Shown: in pieces, positions 49,320-62,264 of the stretch
Layout of the letters: each line of letters starts with the position of its first letter
Numbering within the stretch: the stretch's first letter is position 1
From: Lama glama
Lineage: Eukaryota
NCBI GenBank assembly: GCA_028534125.1
Contig: CM052817.1
Location: forward strand, 2,234,001 to 2,298,000
Direction of reading: 5' to 3'
Length of the DNA stretch: 64,000 bases
Position numbers and translations under genes: made by a program
The notes under the pieces: generated by a model
Seen by the model: the letters and a program-made list of their open reading frames with translations, nothing else
Databases searched by the model: none
Told to the model about the DNA's origin: nothing

Positions 49320-49425
49320 TCCCTTTAATTGTGATAAAGTACACATAAAATTTGTCATTTGAGCCATTCTTAAGTGTCCAGCCCCGTGGCCTTAAGTACC
49401 TTCACCTTGGTCGCGGCATCTCCAA
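49320..49425 (-). mobile_element. L1MB-type 3' end fragment
   Basis: TTTAATTGTGATAAAGTACACATAAAATTTGTCATTTGAGCCATTCTTAAGTGT. Confidence 0.6.
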
Positions 49426-51189
49426 GGCTCAGCCCCCTCCCCCGTCTGTGGGGTTTGTTACAGCGGCCCCAGCAAGCCAACAGCGTTGCAGGAAGAGGCC
49501 CCTCTGCCCAGGCGAGGGGGCGTGAGAGTGTGAAGCCGTCAGCGTGGCTGGGGAGCCGGAGACGCACAGGGACGAGGACGCGGGAGGGAGGCTCTGGCCG
49601 CACAGGGCCAGTGTGCCGGGGGCTCTGGTGCCTGGGACCGAGGCGGAACGAGGGTCCCACAGCCGTTAGTGTCTCCCAGAGACAGCGGACCCAGCCTTTT
49701 GGAGAGAAAACCATGCCTCGGTTCTGAATTCTTCTGCAGACTCCCTGCCTTTGAACCATCCCTCGAAAGGGCAGCTAAGAACTGAGACAGGCAGGTGGTG
49801 CTTGAACCCCAGAGGCAGGGAGAGAAGGCGCTGGCTGGTTTTGTCTGAGTTTTATCCAAAAAGTGTATGGACAGGAGAGTTCGCACCCATCCCTCTAACC
49901 ATGTGTCCATCCCGGGGGTTTGCTTTTGTCCCAAGCAACAATGCTGGGGGTGACAGCAGGAAGAGAGTGAATGAGGAGATGTGGGTGATTTCGTTCCTTC
50001 ACTGAGGCTCAGAGCAGCTGCTGTGGGGTTGGGACCCGGCCGGGAAGAAGGTGGGTCTAACCAGGAGCCACCCGCCTCCGGCACTGCGGGCACAGCTCCA
50101 CGGGCATGCAGAGAGACGCAGACACACGCACACACACGCACGCGTGCGCACACGCGAGGGGACCGCTTTTCCTGGCCTCCTACACACGGCACCGTGCAGG
50201 GCCCTACTCAGGCTTCATGTGGAAATGAGGTGCTGCCTGCACTGTGATGGGGCGTCCCCACCCCCACCCTCTGTATAGGTGAGGAGGCCTAGGCTTTGGG
50301 CCATGAAGTGGTAGAGTCAGGACCCAGTCTCTGCCCAGGGACCCCAAATTCTGCTCGGAGGGCTTCTAAGACAGCATTCAAATAAATGAAGGGTACGTAC
50401 CCGGGGCCCTGCACCTGCCACCACCAAAGTCTGCTTCCCATCCCCAATTCTGGGTGATTTTTAGTTGCCAAACACCACCTTCTTGTTGGCGAGCAACAAC
50501 AGTTAAAATGGACGCATTTTCCTTTAAAGTAACCTCGGACAAGGTCCAGTGCAGCAAGCCCCTTGTCGCTGGAAACGGGCACGGCTGGAGAGGGGCCGCC
50601 CCTCACCTGTCACGCAGGGTGCGCTCGGGATCCAGGGGTCAGACCGTCGGCAGTCGGCCTGCTTCTTGTGAAGGAGAGCGGCCCTCTCTCTGCCGGGGCG
50701 GGCGGCCGGGACCCGCCCTCAGCGGGGCGCGTGTGCTCACACGGACACACACGCACGTTCACACACCCCAGTAGTGTCTGAACAGCACCTGGGACGCAGC
50801 AGGGCCCTGGGCACACAGCCCAGGCCCCCCAGCTCCTGCCTCCAGCGGGCCTCACTTGGTGTGGTGACAAGTGGGGGCATTCTCCCTGGAGCCTCTAACA
50901 ACATGTCCCGGCCCCCGGCCACCGCCTGGGCCCCAGGCTGGGACCCTGCAGGACGCTCTGTACAAAACGCACCCCAGACACAGACTGCAGGCAGTGTGCG
51001 TTAAGTCCGGAAAGTCCAGATCGGGTGGTGTGCGCCCCTCACCTCTGTGCGCTGCGGGGAGGAGCCTCTGGGAAGGGTGTGCGGCTGCCGTGGGGCTGTG
51101 GCCGGGCTCCCCTCGGCCTTTCAGGAGCGCCGTGCCTGGCACTGGACGTGCTCCGGCCCTGTTGGTCCCCCGCCAGCCTGAGGAGGTCC

Positions 51190-51525
51190 TGCCATGCTCT
51201 GAATGTTTGTCCTCCCAAATTCATGTGCTGACATCCTAGCCCCCAAGGTGACAGGGCCTGGGAGGCGCTCTCATTCGCTAATTGTGAGGGGTACTCGTGT
51301 CTCTATGGAAGAGACTCCACAGAGCCCCCTCGCCCCTGCCATCTGGCGAGGACTCAGTGAGAAGCTGTGCGCTACGAACCGGGAAGAGGGGCATCCCCAG
51401 GCCATGACCTCACGTGCTGGTTCCCGGCCTGTGCTTCCAGTCCCCAGCACTGTGCACGGTAATGTCTGCTGTTCATGAGCCGCCAGGGCTGTGGATTTCG
51501 TTGGAGCTGCCGGGACAGACCGAGA
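51190..51525 (+). mobile_element. MaLR solo LTR (MLT1A/MST-like)
   Basis: TGCCATGCTCTGAATGTTTGTCCTCCCAAATTCATGTGCTGACATCCTAGCCCCCAAGGTGA start; TGCTGTTCATGAGCCGCCAGGGCTGTGGATTTCGTT end. Confidence 0.75.
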
Positions 51526-53569
51526 CGGGCACCACGACCACGCCCCTTCACGGAGGACCCCCATCACGGGCTGCGCACGTGATGGCTCAAGGCTGCTCGG
51601 CCGTCCTGTGCAGGCAGCGGGCCCAGGCTGTGGACGGGTGCTCCCCTGCCTCCCGGGGGAAAGAGCAGCAGGTCCAGCCAGACCCTCTGGGCCTCGTGTT
51701 CTGCCTCTGGGGTTTTGGGGGAGGCATCACTCTCCCGAGCCTTTGTTTCTTCCGTACAGTGGGGGTGACGAGGACTAGATCATGTGGGTGAAAGGTCCAG
51801 GCCTCGGTGTGTGTGCTCCGAAAAGTGACTCACTCCCCTAGAAGCCCCCACGACAGTCAAGCAGGAAGCCAAGCTTCCCCCAGCACCCCGCGCCCTGCTA
51901 ACACCCGAGCACAGTGGTTTCCACGGAGACCTGCTCCTGGTGGTTTAAGCAGACAAGGGTGCGGGCTTTCCAAGGCCTGCACGGACACCAGGGCAGCTAT
52001 GGGCATCCCAGTCCCACGGGGCCGTCCCTGCTGACTTCTCTCTGGAAACATCAGACATGGGGTAGGGGGCGGGGCCCAGGGTCCTGGAGTGGAGATGAAA
52101 CACAGAGAAATTGGTCCCCATCTTATGTCTCTCTGGTAATGTTTGCGTCAGACCCAGCCCCGGCACCGAGTCCCTGGGAGCCAGCACCTGCGCCGTCCTA
52201 GATGCCATCCGTCCTGCCCCCCTCCCCCTTGTGGTTGGCTCCCCTGTGAGCCCGGAGCCCAGGCCTCCCGCTGCCAGCGTCCCAGCGCCCCAGAGCAGGT
52301 GTGCGGGTATGTGGGTGGAGATGTCCCATCCCGCGCCCTGGGCACGGGGTCTGAGGCGTCATTGAAACGCTGGTCATTGCCATCAGTCCTGCTCTGACTG
52401 TGTCCTTGGCCTGCTCTGGCTTCCCAGGCTGGCTGGTCTTGCCTTCTCTGCCGGGCTCCCAGCTGACACCGGGCTGATTGAATTGGACGGTCAGGGTCAG
52501 GAGGCTGTAGGAACACACAGGTCCTGGCTGTGGCTGGCATCACCCAGAAGGCAGGTCCACGGTCCAAACAAACCCAAGAGTCTGCCACCTCTGCCCAGGA
52601 GTGGATATGAACCACACCCCTCGTGGAGGTGGGGAGGCACCGGGCTGTCAGGGACGAGCAGGCGATCGGCGTTCCCGGAGTGAAGTGTGCGAGGCCAGGA
52701 GGGGTGCGGGAGGGGCCAGGGCCCAAGCGCACCGCCAGGTGAATTCTAGGTACTCTCTCCTGCCCGTGAGGACAGCAGGGAGGACATGCTCAGAGCTCCA
52801 CTGGGAAGGATCTCCGTGGGGGCAGCCAGGAGGCCAGGCCCCAGTCTGGTCTGGGCTCAGGGCAGCTCCCGCGGGTGGACGACGGAAGGCAGGTAAGAAT
52901 GAATGGCCAGGCCGTCACTCGGGGCTGAGGATGTCGTCCCAGTCTAGGGCCTGGGAGCCAGCGATTGTCCTGTTCCCCTCAGGCTTCAAGGTCTGGGACC
53001 CCCCTGGAGGGGCAGGGCCTCGAATGTCACCCCCTCCTGGACACCAGCTCCCTTTGCAACCACACCAAGGGGTGATGCTTTAAATTTCCAAAATGCACCT
53101 GATTTCCTTCACCTCCTCCAGGGCGAAGGGCAGGGGCCGCCCGTCCCTGGGGCCGCACTCGGCTTCCTGTGATCGTGGGGCTGCTGTGACACCGGGAAGT
53201 GCGCCTTCTCGGGACCAAGAGGAGGTATTTGCTTCCTCAGGGGATTTGTATGTTTTCTTTTCTGCTATAATTGGAACGGTATCGGGGATGAGGCATCTAA
53301 TTACTCCTGTTTCCTGGAAATCGAACGATAGCACGTCCTGCCGACACAGACCTTTTGCGAAGGCCACACGCGGTCTCCCAGGGCAATTCCTATGAGCGCG
53401 GCAGTCGGAAGGCTTTGGGGTTCACACAGCTCCTCTGAGCGTCACACCAGAGCCGGTGCCATCTGCTTAATCTTGTTCTGCTCCATCTTTGAACGATCTT
53501 TGTGCCCATGAGTTTCTGCATAACAATAGCTCATAATGCCAGCTCTTACGAAGAGGATCCTACCTAATT

Positions 53570-53700
53570 AGAATTTATAGAGCTAGGAGAACCTTGAGAA
53601 AATCAGAACTAAGCCTCTCATTCAGGAGGATAAACTGAGCCCCGGGACGTGGCAAGGCACCAAGGTTACAGAGCCTTTGATTAAGGTGTGACCCGGGAGC
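53570..53700 (-). mobile_element. MIR SINE
   Basis: TAGAGCTAGGAGAACCTTGAGAAAATC...CTCATTCAGGAGGATAAACTGAGCCC. Confidence 0.55.
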
Positions 53701-54654
53701 TCAGCGGTCGGACGGACAGAGACACCCGTGGAGACAAGAGCTGGTCTCTGCAAGGTGGTGGCACAATGCGGTGGGCCCGGTTCAAGCCCCAGCTGTGCCT
53801 TCACCCATCCCACCCCAGGCCTGACTCCCTTCTGACCCTAATCCTGATCTTGATCTGAACCGGGTCTTAAATACCAGAGCAAACCTCAAAATCAACCACA
53901 ACCCCCAACACAGATTCTGTTCATAAACTTAGCCCCAGCCCCCCCCCAAACGCCAGCTAAACTCCAGTCCAAACGCAGCCTCCCTGCTAACCCTAAACCC
54001 TAACTAGATCTTCATTCCAGCCTAATGCCGACCCCAACCCTCCCAGCCACCTTCACACCAGAGGAAAGCGGAGGAAGTGAGATGTGCACTTACTCGAGGG
54101 CTGTCAGAGTTTTCTGGTTCATGAGCCCATTTTGTTCAGGGATGTGTCCCCAGGGCCCAGACAGGGCCCGACAAGGTAGTCACCAGGTCACCTGAGTGGA
54201 CAAGCAGCACATCAGCGGCCACTTGACGCCTACACCCGCTCAGCCGCACCCACTGGGGCAGCGTTTGTCTCGTCCCTGGAAAAACTGACTTTCCCTTTTT
54301 GCTAGATAAGGAAACTGAGGGTCTGAGAGGACCCGACATTACTGCATGGAGGCTGCAGCAAGGCAGGAGGGACCTCCCACTGTGTGTTCCCAGCTCCAGT
54401 CCTGCCCCAGGCCAGGCTCTGAGGGGCCACAAGCTCTGATGTTGGTAGTTTGTGACTGGACGTGTCCATCCGGCCCGCATCGCTGTCTCTGTGACCCCAG
54501 ATGTGAGGGTCTGACCGCTCTGCATCCACTCTGTGCAGCAGGCTCAAACGGCACGCTGAAGCCACACCATAGAACAGCCCATCAAACTGGGGGTGTGGGC
54601 GGGGGCTCTGGGAAGCCTACAGCCCAGACACACAGACAGGCATTGGACCACCTT

Positions 54655-55088
54655 TCAGTTCCCCGCGGCCGGTGCATAACGCACCACAGGCTGGGCAGCT
54701 TAAAGCAAGAGGAATTCTTCCAGTTCCGGAGGCTGGAGGTCCGAAATCAAGGTGTCTGCAGGGCTGCCTCCCTCCGGAGGCTCTCTTGGAGGATCCTTCC
54801 TGCTTCTTCCAGCTTCCAGGGGCCCCAGGGGTTCCTTGGCTTACGGCCGCATCATCTCCATCTCTGCCTCTGTCTCTGCCTCCATCTCCAGGTGGCAGCT
54901 GCTTCTTGTATCTCTTCTGGCAGGGACACCAGCCACGTTGAATCAGGGCCCACCCCATTCCAGTGACATCACTGAACCTGATCACATCTGCAAAGACGCT
55001 GTTTCCAAATAAGGTCACCTTCACAGGTGCCAGGGGTCAGGGCGGAACATGTCTTTTTGCGGGGATGGGGGCACAAGTCAACCGGTAG
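54655..55088 (-). mobile_element. MaLR solo LTR (MLT1C-like)
   Basis: CAGTTCCGGAGGCTGGAGGTCCGAAATCAAGGTGTCTGCAGGG...CACATCTGCAAAGACGCTGTTTCCAAATAAGGTCACCTTCACAGG. Confidence 0.8.
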
Positions 55089-55268
55089 CGACCATACCGC
55101 TTCTTGTGTTTTTGATCAGGTGTCTCAGGAAGCAATTAGGATACTGCATGTGAACATCGAATCCTCTGTCCTCTTCCAGTGTGAGAACTGGCAGCATGGG
55201 AGGCAGACGTAGCGGCCCCTCTTGCCTCGGCGCTGTGGACACTGCAGACTGGGGCCCTTGATCTGGCC

Positions 55269-55473
55269 CAGTGGTTCTTAGCGAGGAGTGGTTCTGCCCC
55301 GGGGACACCTGGCAATGTCCGAGGACAGCTGCAGTTGTCACAGCTGAGGGATGCTAGTGGTGTTAGTGGGTAGAGGCCGGGGTGCTGCAAAACATCCTGC
55401 AATTCACAGGCCAACCCCACAACAAAGAGGTGCCCAGCCTCAAATGTCATTGATGCCCAGGTTGGGAAACCCT
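55269..55473. mobile_element. MER20 hAT-Charlie DNA transposon
   Basis: CAGTGGTTCTT...GGGGACACCTGGCAATGTC...GTGGGTAGAGGCCGGGGTGCTGCAAAACATCCTGCAATTCACAGG...CCCCACAACAAAG...GGTTGGGAAACCCT. Confidence 0.85.
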
Positions 55474-55499
55474 CAATACGATCGTCTTGGCACAAGGCT

Positions 55500-55895
55500 G
55501 CTCTGTTAAAGACTACATTTCCCAGCCTCCTTTGCAGTAGGTATGGCTATGTGACCACATTCTAACCAATGGGATGTCAGCATAAGGACTATGCGCAACC
55601 TCCATTTGAGGATGCCCTGTGTTTGGCCAACCACACCCTCCCACCCACTGAGTAGACCAACGGTGGAAATGATGGCGGTGGCTGGAGCCAGAGCAGCCAA
55701 CTGAGACCTCGAGGTGGGAGCTGCCTGCCGGGGATGGCCAAGGAGTGGAAGCCACCAGGATCCTCAGCTCCGCCAGGCCGTCATGCTGGCTCTGCCCAGA
55801 CCTTGTGTGGAGAGAAATCAACCCCTAATTGTTCAAGCCTCTGTATTTTGGGGTCACCTTGTTACAGCAGCCTCCACTGTACCCTGACTCACTCA
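55500..55895 (+). mobile_element. MaLR LTR (MLT1G/H-like)
   Basis: GACTACATTTCCCAGCCTCCTTTGCAGTAGGTATGGCTATGTGACC...TTGTTCAAGCCTCTGTATTTTGGGGTCACCTTGTTACAGCAGC. Confidence 0.75.
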
Positions 55896-56959
55896 CAGTC
55901 CTAAATCGCAGGCCAGCCCTGTTCTCTCCCATGACGAATTTCTGGTTTTAATCAGAGCCTTCTGGGAAGGGAAGACTTGAGAAGAAAACATAGCAGATCT
56001 CGCTGAGTTCGAGCCCACGGTGTCCAGGTTCCAACATAAACAATTCCAGTGCTCTCGGCAGTGGCAAGCGTTGCTGGGCCCGCGCCCCGCTTTCCAGAAA
56101 TATCTGGAGATGGGGTCACCATAGGAGGCTGGAGAAGCTGCATGGGGCCAGGGTGGATGTGAGCATTCTTAGCTTATTTTCCCAAACACGTCAAGGGCTC
56201 TTCTGCATTTTCCTATCTGAAAAAAGTCAAAGCCAAACGAAACAGAAAAACTCTCTGAACCCCCTCCAGCTTTGGAACATGTGCCCGCTGTGGTCGGATT
56301 CACAAATCATGGGTATGAAATTGCTCTTGTTTACCTAGCCATTCCCACCAGGCAGGTTCCTGGATTGGAGGAGGGGGCAATGCGAGGGGAGGTGGGCGGC
56401 GTCAGGATGGAGAGGGCCGCCCCCGATGAGCACGTGGCGCCGCACGCGGAACCTGGATGCTCCTCTTGCACAAGGCAGGCGGCGTCCTAGGGTACCGTCC
56501 CCTCTGGTGACAGTTAGGAACATGATCTGCGTCACTCTGTCTCCCCTTCTGATCCCAGCACGTAACTGGTGCTTGGCGATTGAGAGGCAGAAACAGAGGG
56601 GAAAGAACTTGACTTTAGGTGAGAAGCCAGACTAGGCAGCCCCCGGGCCTGGACTGCCTCACCCGCGAAGTGGGAACACAAGAGCCTTCCTCGTGGAGGG
56701 GTTCTGTGAAAGTCCGATCCACTCATTCATTCATTCATTCACTCATTCGTTCACCATTCTGGGTGCTGGGAGTAAGGGTGCCCATCCTGAGCAGCCCCCA
56801 GCAGCCGGACAGACATGGTTAACTGGGAGTCCCCAGGGAGCATGCTTTGGGGAAAGAAGACCCAGCGTGGAGCCAGGGCCCCCGGGGGTCTGCTGGAGCG
56901 GGTGGTCACAGTGGAGGCGTCCACATGGCAGCGAGGCTGGATGGGGCGGGGGCCTGAGC

Positions 56960-57115
56960 CTGGGCCCCAGTGGACTGGAATGCTCCCTGGGGACCTGGGC
57001 TGTCGTATCTGCCCCCAGACGCCCCCACGTGCTCATCTGCAAAGTGGGGGTGTTGAGAGCAACCAACTCTCAGAGGTCCTGTGAGAGTGAAATAAAATGT
57101 GAGGCTTTCAAATCT
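56960..57115 (+). mobile_element. MIR SINE
   Basis: GCTCATCTGCAAAGTGGGGGTGTTGAGAGCAACCAACTCTCAGAGGTCCTGTGAGAGTGAAATAA. Confidence 0.55.
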
Positions 57116-58507
57116 GATGAACATCCTGACAACTTCCCAGAGCTCTCCAGAGATGAGAGCCTTAGAACGGGTGACCTGGAGGCCTGGCCCCTGCGGGAGG
57201 CTCAGTGCCAAGTCCAGGGTCATGCTGGGGGCTGGAGCAGCCTGGCTGAGGGGGAAGGGGCGCCTCTGGGGGCAGTGGGGGACGTTTCCGGGAAGGAATC
57301 TGCTCGTCCAAGGAAGTCTCTCCACTACTGTCAAAGCTGTGTGTAGAAGCCCCCTCTCCAGGGAGCCCCTCCCGCTGCTCGGCCCCTCCAGTGGCCTCGC
57401 ACATCCCTAGGAAGGCAGCCTGGAGCCCCTGCAGCAGGCCCTACGTCCCCACGGCCAGGACGGAGCCTGGCACAGAGGGGCACTGGGGCCATCTGTCAAT
57501 GTCGCAAACTACCAAAGCTCTCCTGGGGTGCACTGGGCTGCTCAGAAGGCAGTGCGCTCCCGCGGCCCGGGGTGTGCCAGCGGGGCTGGGGTCCCGCCTG
57601 AAGGGACACTGCAAAGTGACTCACTCGGCGGGGACACAAGGTAGCAGCAAGCATCACGATGATAATGTCACCCGCGATACGCCGAGAGTTTGCTGAGTGC
57701 GGCGGTGGTAAGACCCTGGTTCTCTTTTGTTAGAATTTTTTTATTTGCCTAAGTAACTCGAGCTCTCGGAGCGAGCTAAACAATACGGGGATATATAAAG
57801 AAATCCTAACATCAACCCTGCTCTGAGGCCTCTTCCCTCCCACGAGCCAGGTCCCGAGAGCTGACAGGCGAAGGTGTTACTCTTCTTGGGCACCTGACAG
57901 AATCCCACTTAATCCTTCAGATGCTACTAGGAGGCTCGGAGAGGTAAAGCCGTTTGCTCCAGGTCCCCCCGCTGGTTAGAGGCACAAGCCAAGCAGGTGT
58001 CAGCTGCACCTCCGAGCCCTCCCAGGAGCCCCGAGTCCCCTGGCCCAGACTAGCTCCCCTCTCCTCCCTGGCAGCACCTACTGGCCTGCAGGAGGCACAC
58101 ATCCTCCCCACCAAATGGCCCGAGACTCCTGGACCAGTCCACCCAAGCCAGGGCTGACCAGCCCCCGTGGCCACACACCAGCCCCCACCTTCCAGCTCGG
58201 ACTTGGCAGGGCTGGCTGGCAGTTGGAGCTCCTTCCACCAGACTCCCCGGCTCCAACAGAGCCCTCCTAGACTCAGGGGGCCTGCAAGGGTCCAGGAAGA
58301 CCACCAAGTCCTGCTCCTCAATTCACAGGTAGGGAAACTGAAGCTCAGAAAGGGCAGGTGACTCGTCCAACATCACACAGTGACTCGCGACTGAGACAGG
58401 ACTGTGGTGTGGCGACCCCTCGTGTCTAACCTGACAGTTTATGAAGTCCCACCGTGTCTACCACAGCCATTCACTCCTTCATTCGTCCCCCAAATGCCCA
58501 CAGGCTC

Positions 58508-58945
58508 TGCATTCATTTCCCATTGCTGTTGTGACAAATGATCACAAACTTAGTAGCTTCTAACAACAAATTTATTATCTTACAGTTCCGAGTCCAGAGG
58601 TGTAAAATGGCCTAGTGGGGTTGGTTCCCCTTGGGGGCTCTGGGAAAGACTCTCTCTCATCTTTTCCAGCTTCTAGAGGTGCCCACATCCCGAGCTCGTG
58701 GCCCGCTCCGTGCATTACCCCGCCCCCTGCTTCCGTTATCACATCTCCTTTAACTCTGACCCCCTAGCCTCTCTCACCTAGAAGGACCCTTGTGGTTGCA
58801 CTTAGGGTTCACTCAGAATCCAGGATAATCCCCCATCTCAAATCCTTAGCTTAATCCCATCAGTGAAGCCCCTTTTGTGATGTAAGGCTGCCGAGCCACA
58901 GGGTCTGGCTGTCGTGTGTGTGTGTGTGATTTTTCCCACCACAGA
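58508..58945 (-). mobile_element. MaLR solo LTR (MLT1D-like)
   Basis: TTGCTGTTGTGACAAATGATCACAAACTTAGTAGCTTCTAACAACAAATTTATTATCTTACAGTTC...ATCCAGGATAATCCCCCATCTCAAATCCTTAGCTTAATC. Confidence 0.8.
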
Positions 58946-58989
58946 CTGGCACAATGATTCTCCAAGGGTGCAGGATAGGGCTGAGGACA

Positions 58990-59470
58990 GCAAATCAGCT
59001 AGGATGTGTCCGGTTGCGAGTTACGGAACCCTCCTCCCCAAAGGCCTTAAACAATGAGGTCACTGGTGTCCCCCTTGGCGGGAAGTCTGGCGAAAGGCTG
59101 GCTCCAGCATGGGTTCCTTTGGAAGCTCAAGGACAACATCGTCAGGGACACAGACTCTTTCCTCCTGTCGTCTTCATCTTCAGCTCCTCCTAACCCTAAG
59201 AGAGCTGCTGCAGCTCCAGGTGTTACATCCTCACACACACATGACCAAACAGGAAGGCAGCCAGTGAGTCTTCTCGCACATTTCTCACTTTTCATCACAG
59301 AGGTTTTATTGGTTGGGACTTGGTCATGTGACCTCTCCTCCAGTCACTGGGGAAGGGAAATGGGTCTACCTTAAAATAGGCTTAGAGGCATCATGATCTT
59401 CCCCCAGGGTTGGGAAGGGGTCCCCCTTTCCTGGGCACATCACTGCTCCTCCACCAGAACAAACCAGGTA
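58990..59470 (-). mobile_element. Old MaLR LTR (MLT1K/L-like)
   Basis: GCTGCTGCAGCTCCAGGTGTTACATCCTCACAC...ATTGGTTGGGACTTGGTCATGTGACC. Confidence 0.55.
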
Positions 59471-59476
59471 TGCAGG

Positions 59477-60015
59477 TGTATCAGTCACCTAGGCTGCATA
59501 ACAAAGTACCACAACTTTACCAGCATAAAACAACCCACATTTACTATCTCAGTTTCCATGGACCAGGAGTCCTGTGCAGGTGAACTGACCCCTATACTCA
59601 TGGTGTGGAGGCTGAAATGAAGGTGTCAGCTGAGGCCATGTTCTCATCTGAGGCCCAGGGACCCCCTCTAGGCTCACACAGCTGTCAGTAGCATTCAGTT
59701 CCCTGAGGCTGTGTGGCTGAAGCCAGGGACCACTCGCCACTCCTAAAGACCACATTCAGGTCCTTCCCCTGCAGCTGCCACTCACATCAATGCTGCATTT
59801 TCATGGCCAGCAGGAAGGCACTTCTGATGCTTCATCGCCTTCTAAAGGGTCACCTGATCGGGTCAGGCCCACCCTGGATAATCTCCTTTGATTAACTCAA
59901 AGCCAACTGGTTAGGGGCTTTGTCAGGGCAGTGATGCCCCCACAGTATTCAGACTCAGGAGGAGGGGCTATCCAAGGGCCTGGAAACTGGGGGCCACCTG
60001 AGAGTCTCCCCTACT
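59477..60015 (-). mobile_element. MaLR solo LTR (MLT1E/F-like)
   Basis: GGCTGCATAACAAAGTACCACAAC...TTTACTATCTCAGTTTCCATGGACCAGGAGTCC...GGGTCAGGCCCACCCTGGATAATCTCCTTTGATTAACTCAAAG. Confidence 0.8.
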
Positions 60016-62264
60016 GCAGGGGGCAAGGAGGAGGTGAGTGCTGGCCACTGGGCACATGGCTGGTGTGGAACCTTTTGGACAGGCTGCTGCCTCCTTACCC
60101 TCCAGTCTGAGCAGAGCCCCTACTCCTTCTAGAAAGTTCTCCCTGAGCCACCGAGCAGGTCAGAAGCCCCTTCTTCCATCTCCTGGCATCTCCCCGGAGG
60201 TCAGGGACTGGGCCTCACACCCTCGGCTGGGCCTGAGTGGTGCCAGGCACTGCCCACACTCAGCACAGAGGAGGTGCCCCCCAGATGTCTGCCGGATGAA
60301 AACTGAGTCCTCACGTTACCGGGAGGAGACGGGAGGCAGCATGATGACAGTGGGACAGGGGACCACGCTGGCCTGGGCTCGTACCCACATGGGATCTTCA
60401 GCAACCCAGGCCTCCACCCGCATCTACAGGATGGGACAACCACACAGCACACACCCGGAAGGGACGCAAAGAGTGAGGCGGGCCCACCACCCACGGACTG
60501 TGAAGGACAGGACCTGGCCTAATGGTAGCTTCCATGAGCACTGCTGATGGGCAGGGGTGCCAAGGGCCGGCGGGTGACCAGAGGAGAAGCTGTAAGGTGA
60601 CACTTCTCAGGGAAGTGACTCCAGGAGACGCCACATGGCTGCCTGGGGCCATGGAACCCTGTGTGGGGTTCTGAGGATGAGCCTGGCATGGAGGGGCATG
60701 GAGCCGAGCCTCCCACCTGCTCAGGTGGGTGACAGGCAGAGGCAGGAGCAGGCGTTCCAGGCCCAGGGGGTGACAACGGAGGCAGAAGCACGTCTGGACA
60801 CCCCAGGCTACGAGTTCTGCACACATCATCCTGGAGAACCTGCACATCTGCCATACAGAATGGGCTCCGTTATCCCCATCCACAGGCCATGCTGGCTCGG
60901 AAGGTGAAGGCGGCTTCCTGAGGTCATGTGGGGACACCTGGTCAGCCCGAGCCCAGAGTCCAGGTCAAGGCCAGGCCCCGAGGGGCCTCAAACGCCAGGC
61001 TCAGGCATCTGGGAAGCAGCAAGCCCCTGAGGGAGGACCAGTCAGGCCCAGAGCTGGTAGGCAGAGGGGACCCCTGAGAAGGCAGCCGGGACAGGCGGAG
61101 GGGGGGTACAAGCTTGAACCCCAGAGGGCCCTGGGCTGAGCGGGGTTCGCAGCTGGTGCTCAACAAGGCCCACTGCTTTAACCCACTACAGTCACTGCCA
61201 GTCCAGGACCATCCCCCAAGCCCTGCTTTCCCCAGAGGGACTTCTGGCAGCTCTGGAAGAACTCAGCTGTGCAAACCCATCAATGTGATCAATATTGCAA
61301 TGGATTCAGTCTGCAGGTTAGTCCAGGAGAGCCAGGCCTGGGCCGGTGGGTCCCAGCCACACTCTGGCAAGACACAGTGGTTCTAGAAGTCTTTGGGGCA
61401 CAGGGGGAGGGAGAGGAGCAAGCCTCATTTTTCCCTGCCCCATCTTTAAAAATGAAATTTCAAATAAATTTCAGGAAAAAAAATACCTTCAGCCCAGCTG
61501 AGAAAACAAGTCCCTTGGTATGGAGTCTGGCAAGCCAGGCCTGCCCACCTCTGTTCCCACACCAGCCAACCAAGTGGAGGGCTCTTCCTGGGACTCCAGG
61601 CCCTTCCCCCTCTCCAGGGACAGACTGAGGGCAAAGACAGCAGGTGGACATGAAGCTCAGCTCCAGGAGCTCCAAGCCAAGGGGGGGCAAAGCCAGCACA
61701 GATCTTAGAACAATCTAGTCAATAGCCCCACTTGACAGATGGGAAAACTGAGGCCCAGGGAGGCAGGAGGTTCTCAGGCTGCCAGATGGCAAGTAAGGGA
61801 ATAAGTGGGAGTTTAAGTCCACAACCTCCACAGAATAGAAGCAAAAGAGGATGCTGGGTGGGGATGCTGGGTCTAGCAAGAGTGGCTCATTCAGGCACCG
61901 CCATGCTCTGCCGGGCCCCCCCTGCACCGGCTACACTGCTGGCATCAGCGTAGCTGGGGAGGATGGAACCCTTCGCAGGGTTCCCAGCCACCCATCCCTC
62001 CACCACACTTTGACTGAGCCCCTACTGTGAGCTGCGAGCCAGGCCCGCACCAGACAATGGGACAAAGAAATGGCTTGTCCACAAGAGCCCACTGCAGACA
62101 GAGACATGGTCCAGTGACGGCCCACCCTGAGGGGCACACAGGAGACCCAGTGGAGGTGAGCAGGCCAAGGCAGAACCCAGCCTGAAACCTGGGAAGAGCT
62201 GCCCACCATGGGCTGGCAGAAACCCCACCTCCCTGCAGCCTGGGAGGCTGAGCGTGGCCCCAGG

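Noticed and set aside
55512..55527. ACTACATTTCCCAGCC, a ZNF143/SBS-like promoter motif
   Set aside because: It lies within, and is characteristic of, the MLT1 LTR; no independent promoter evidence.
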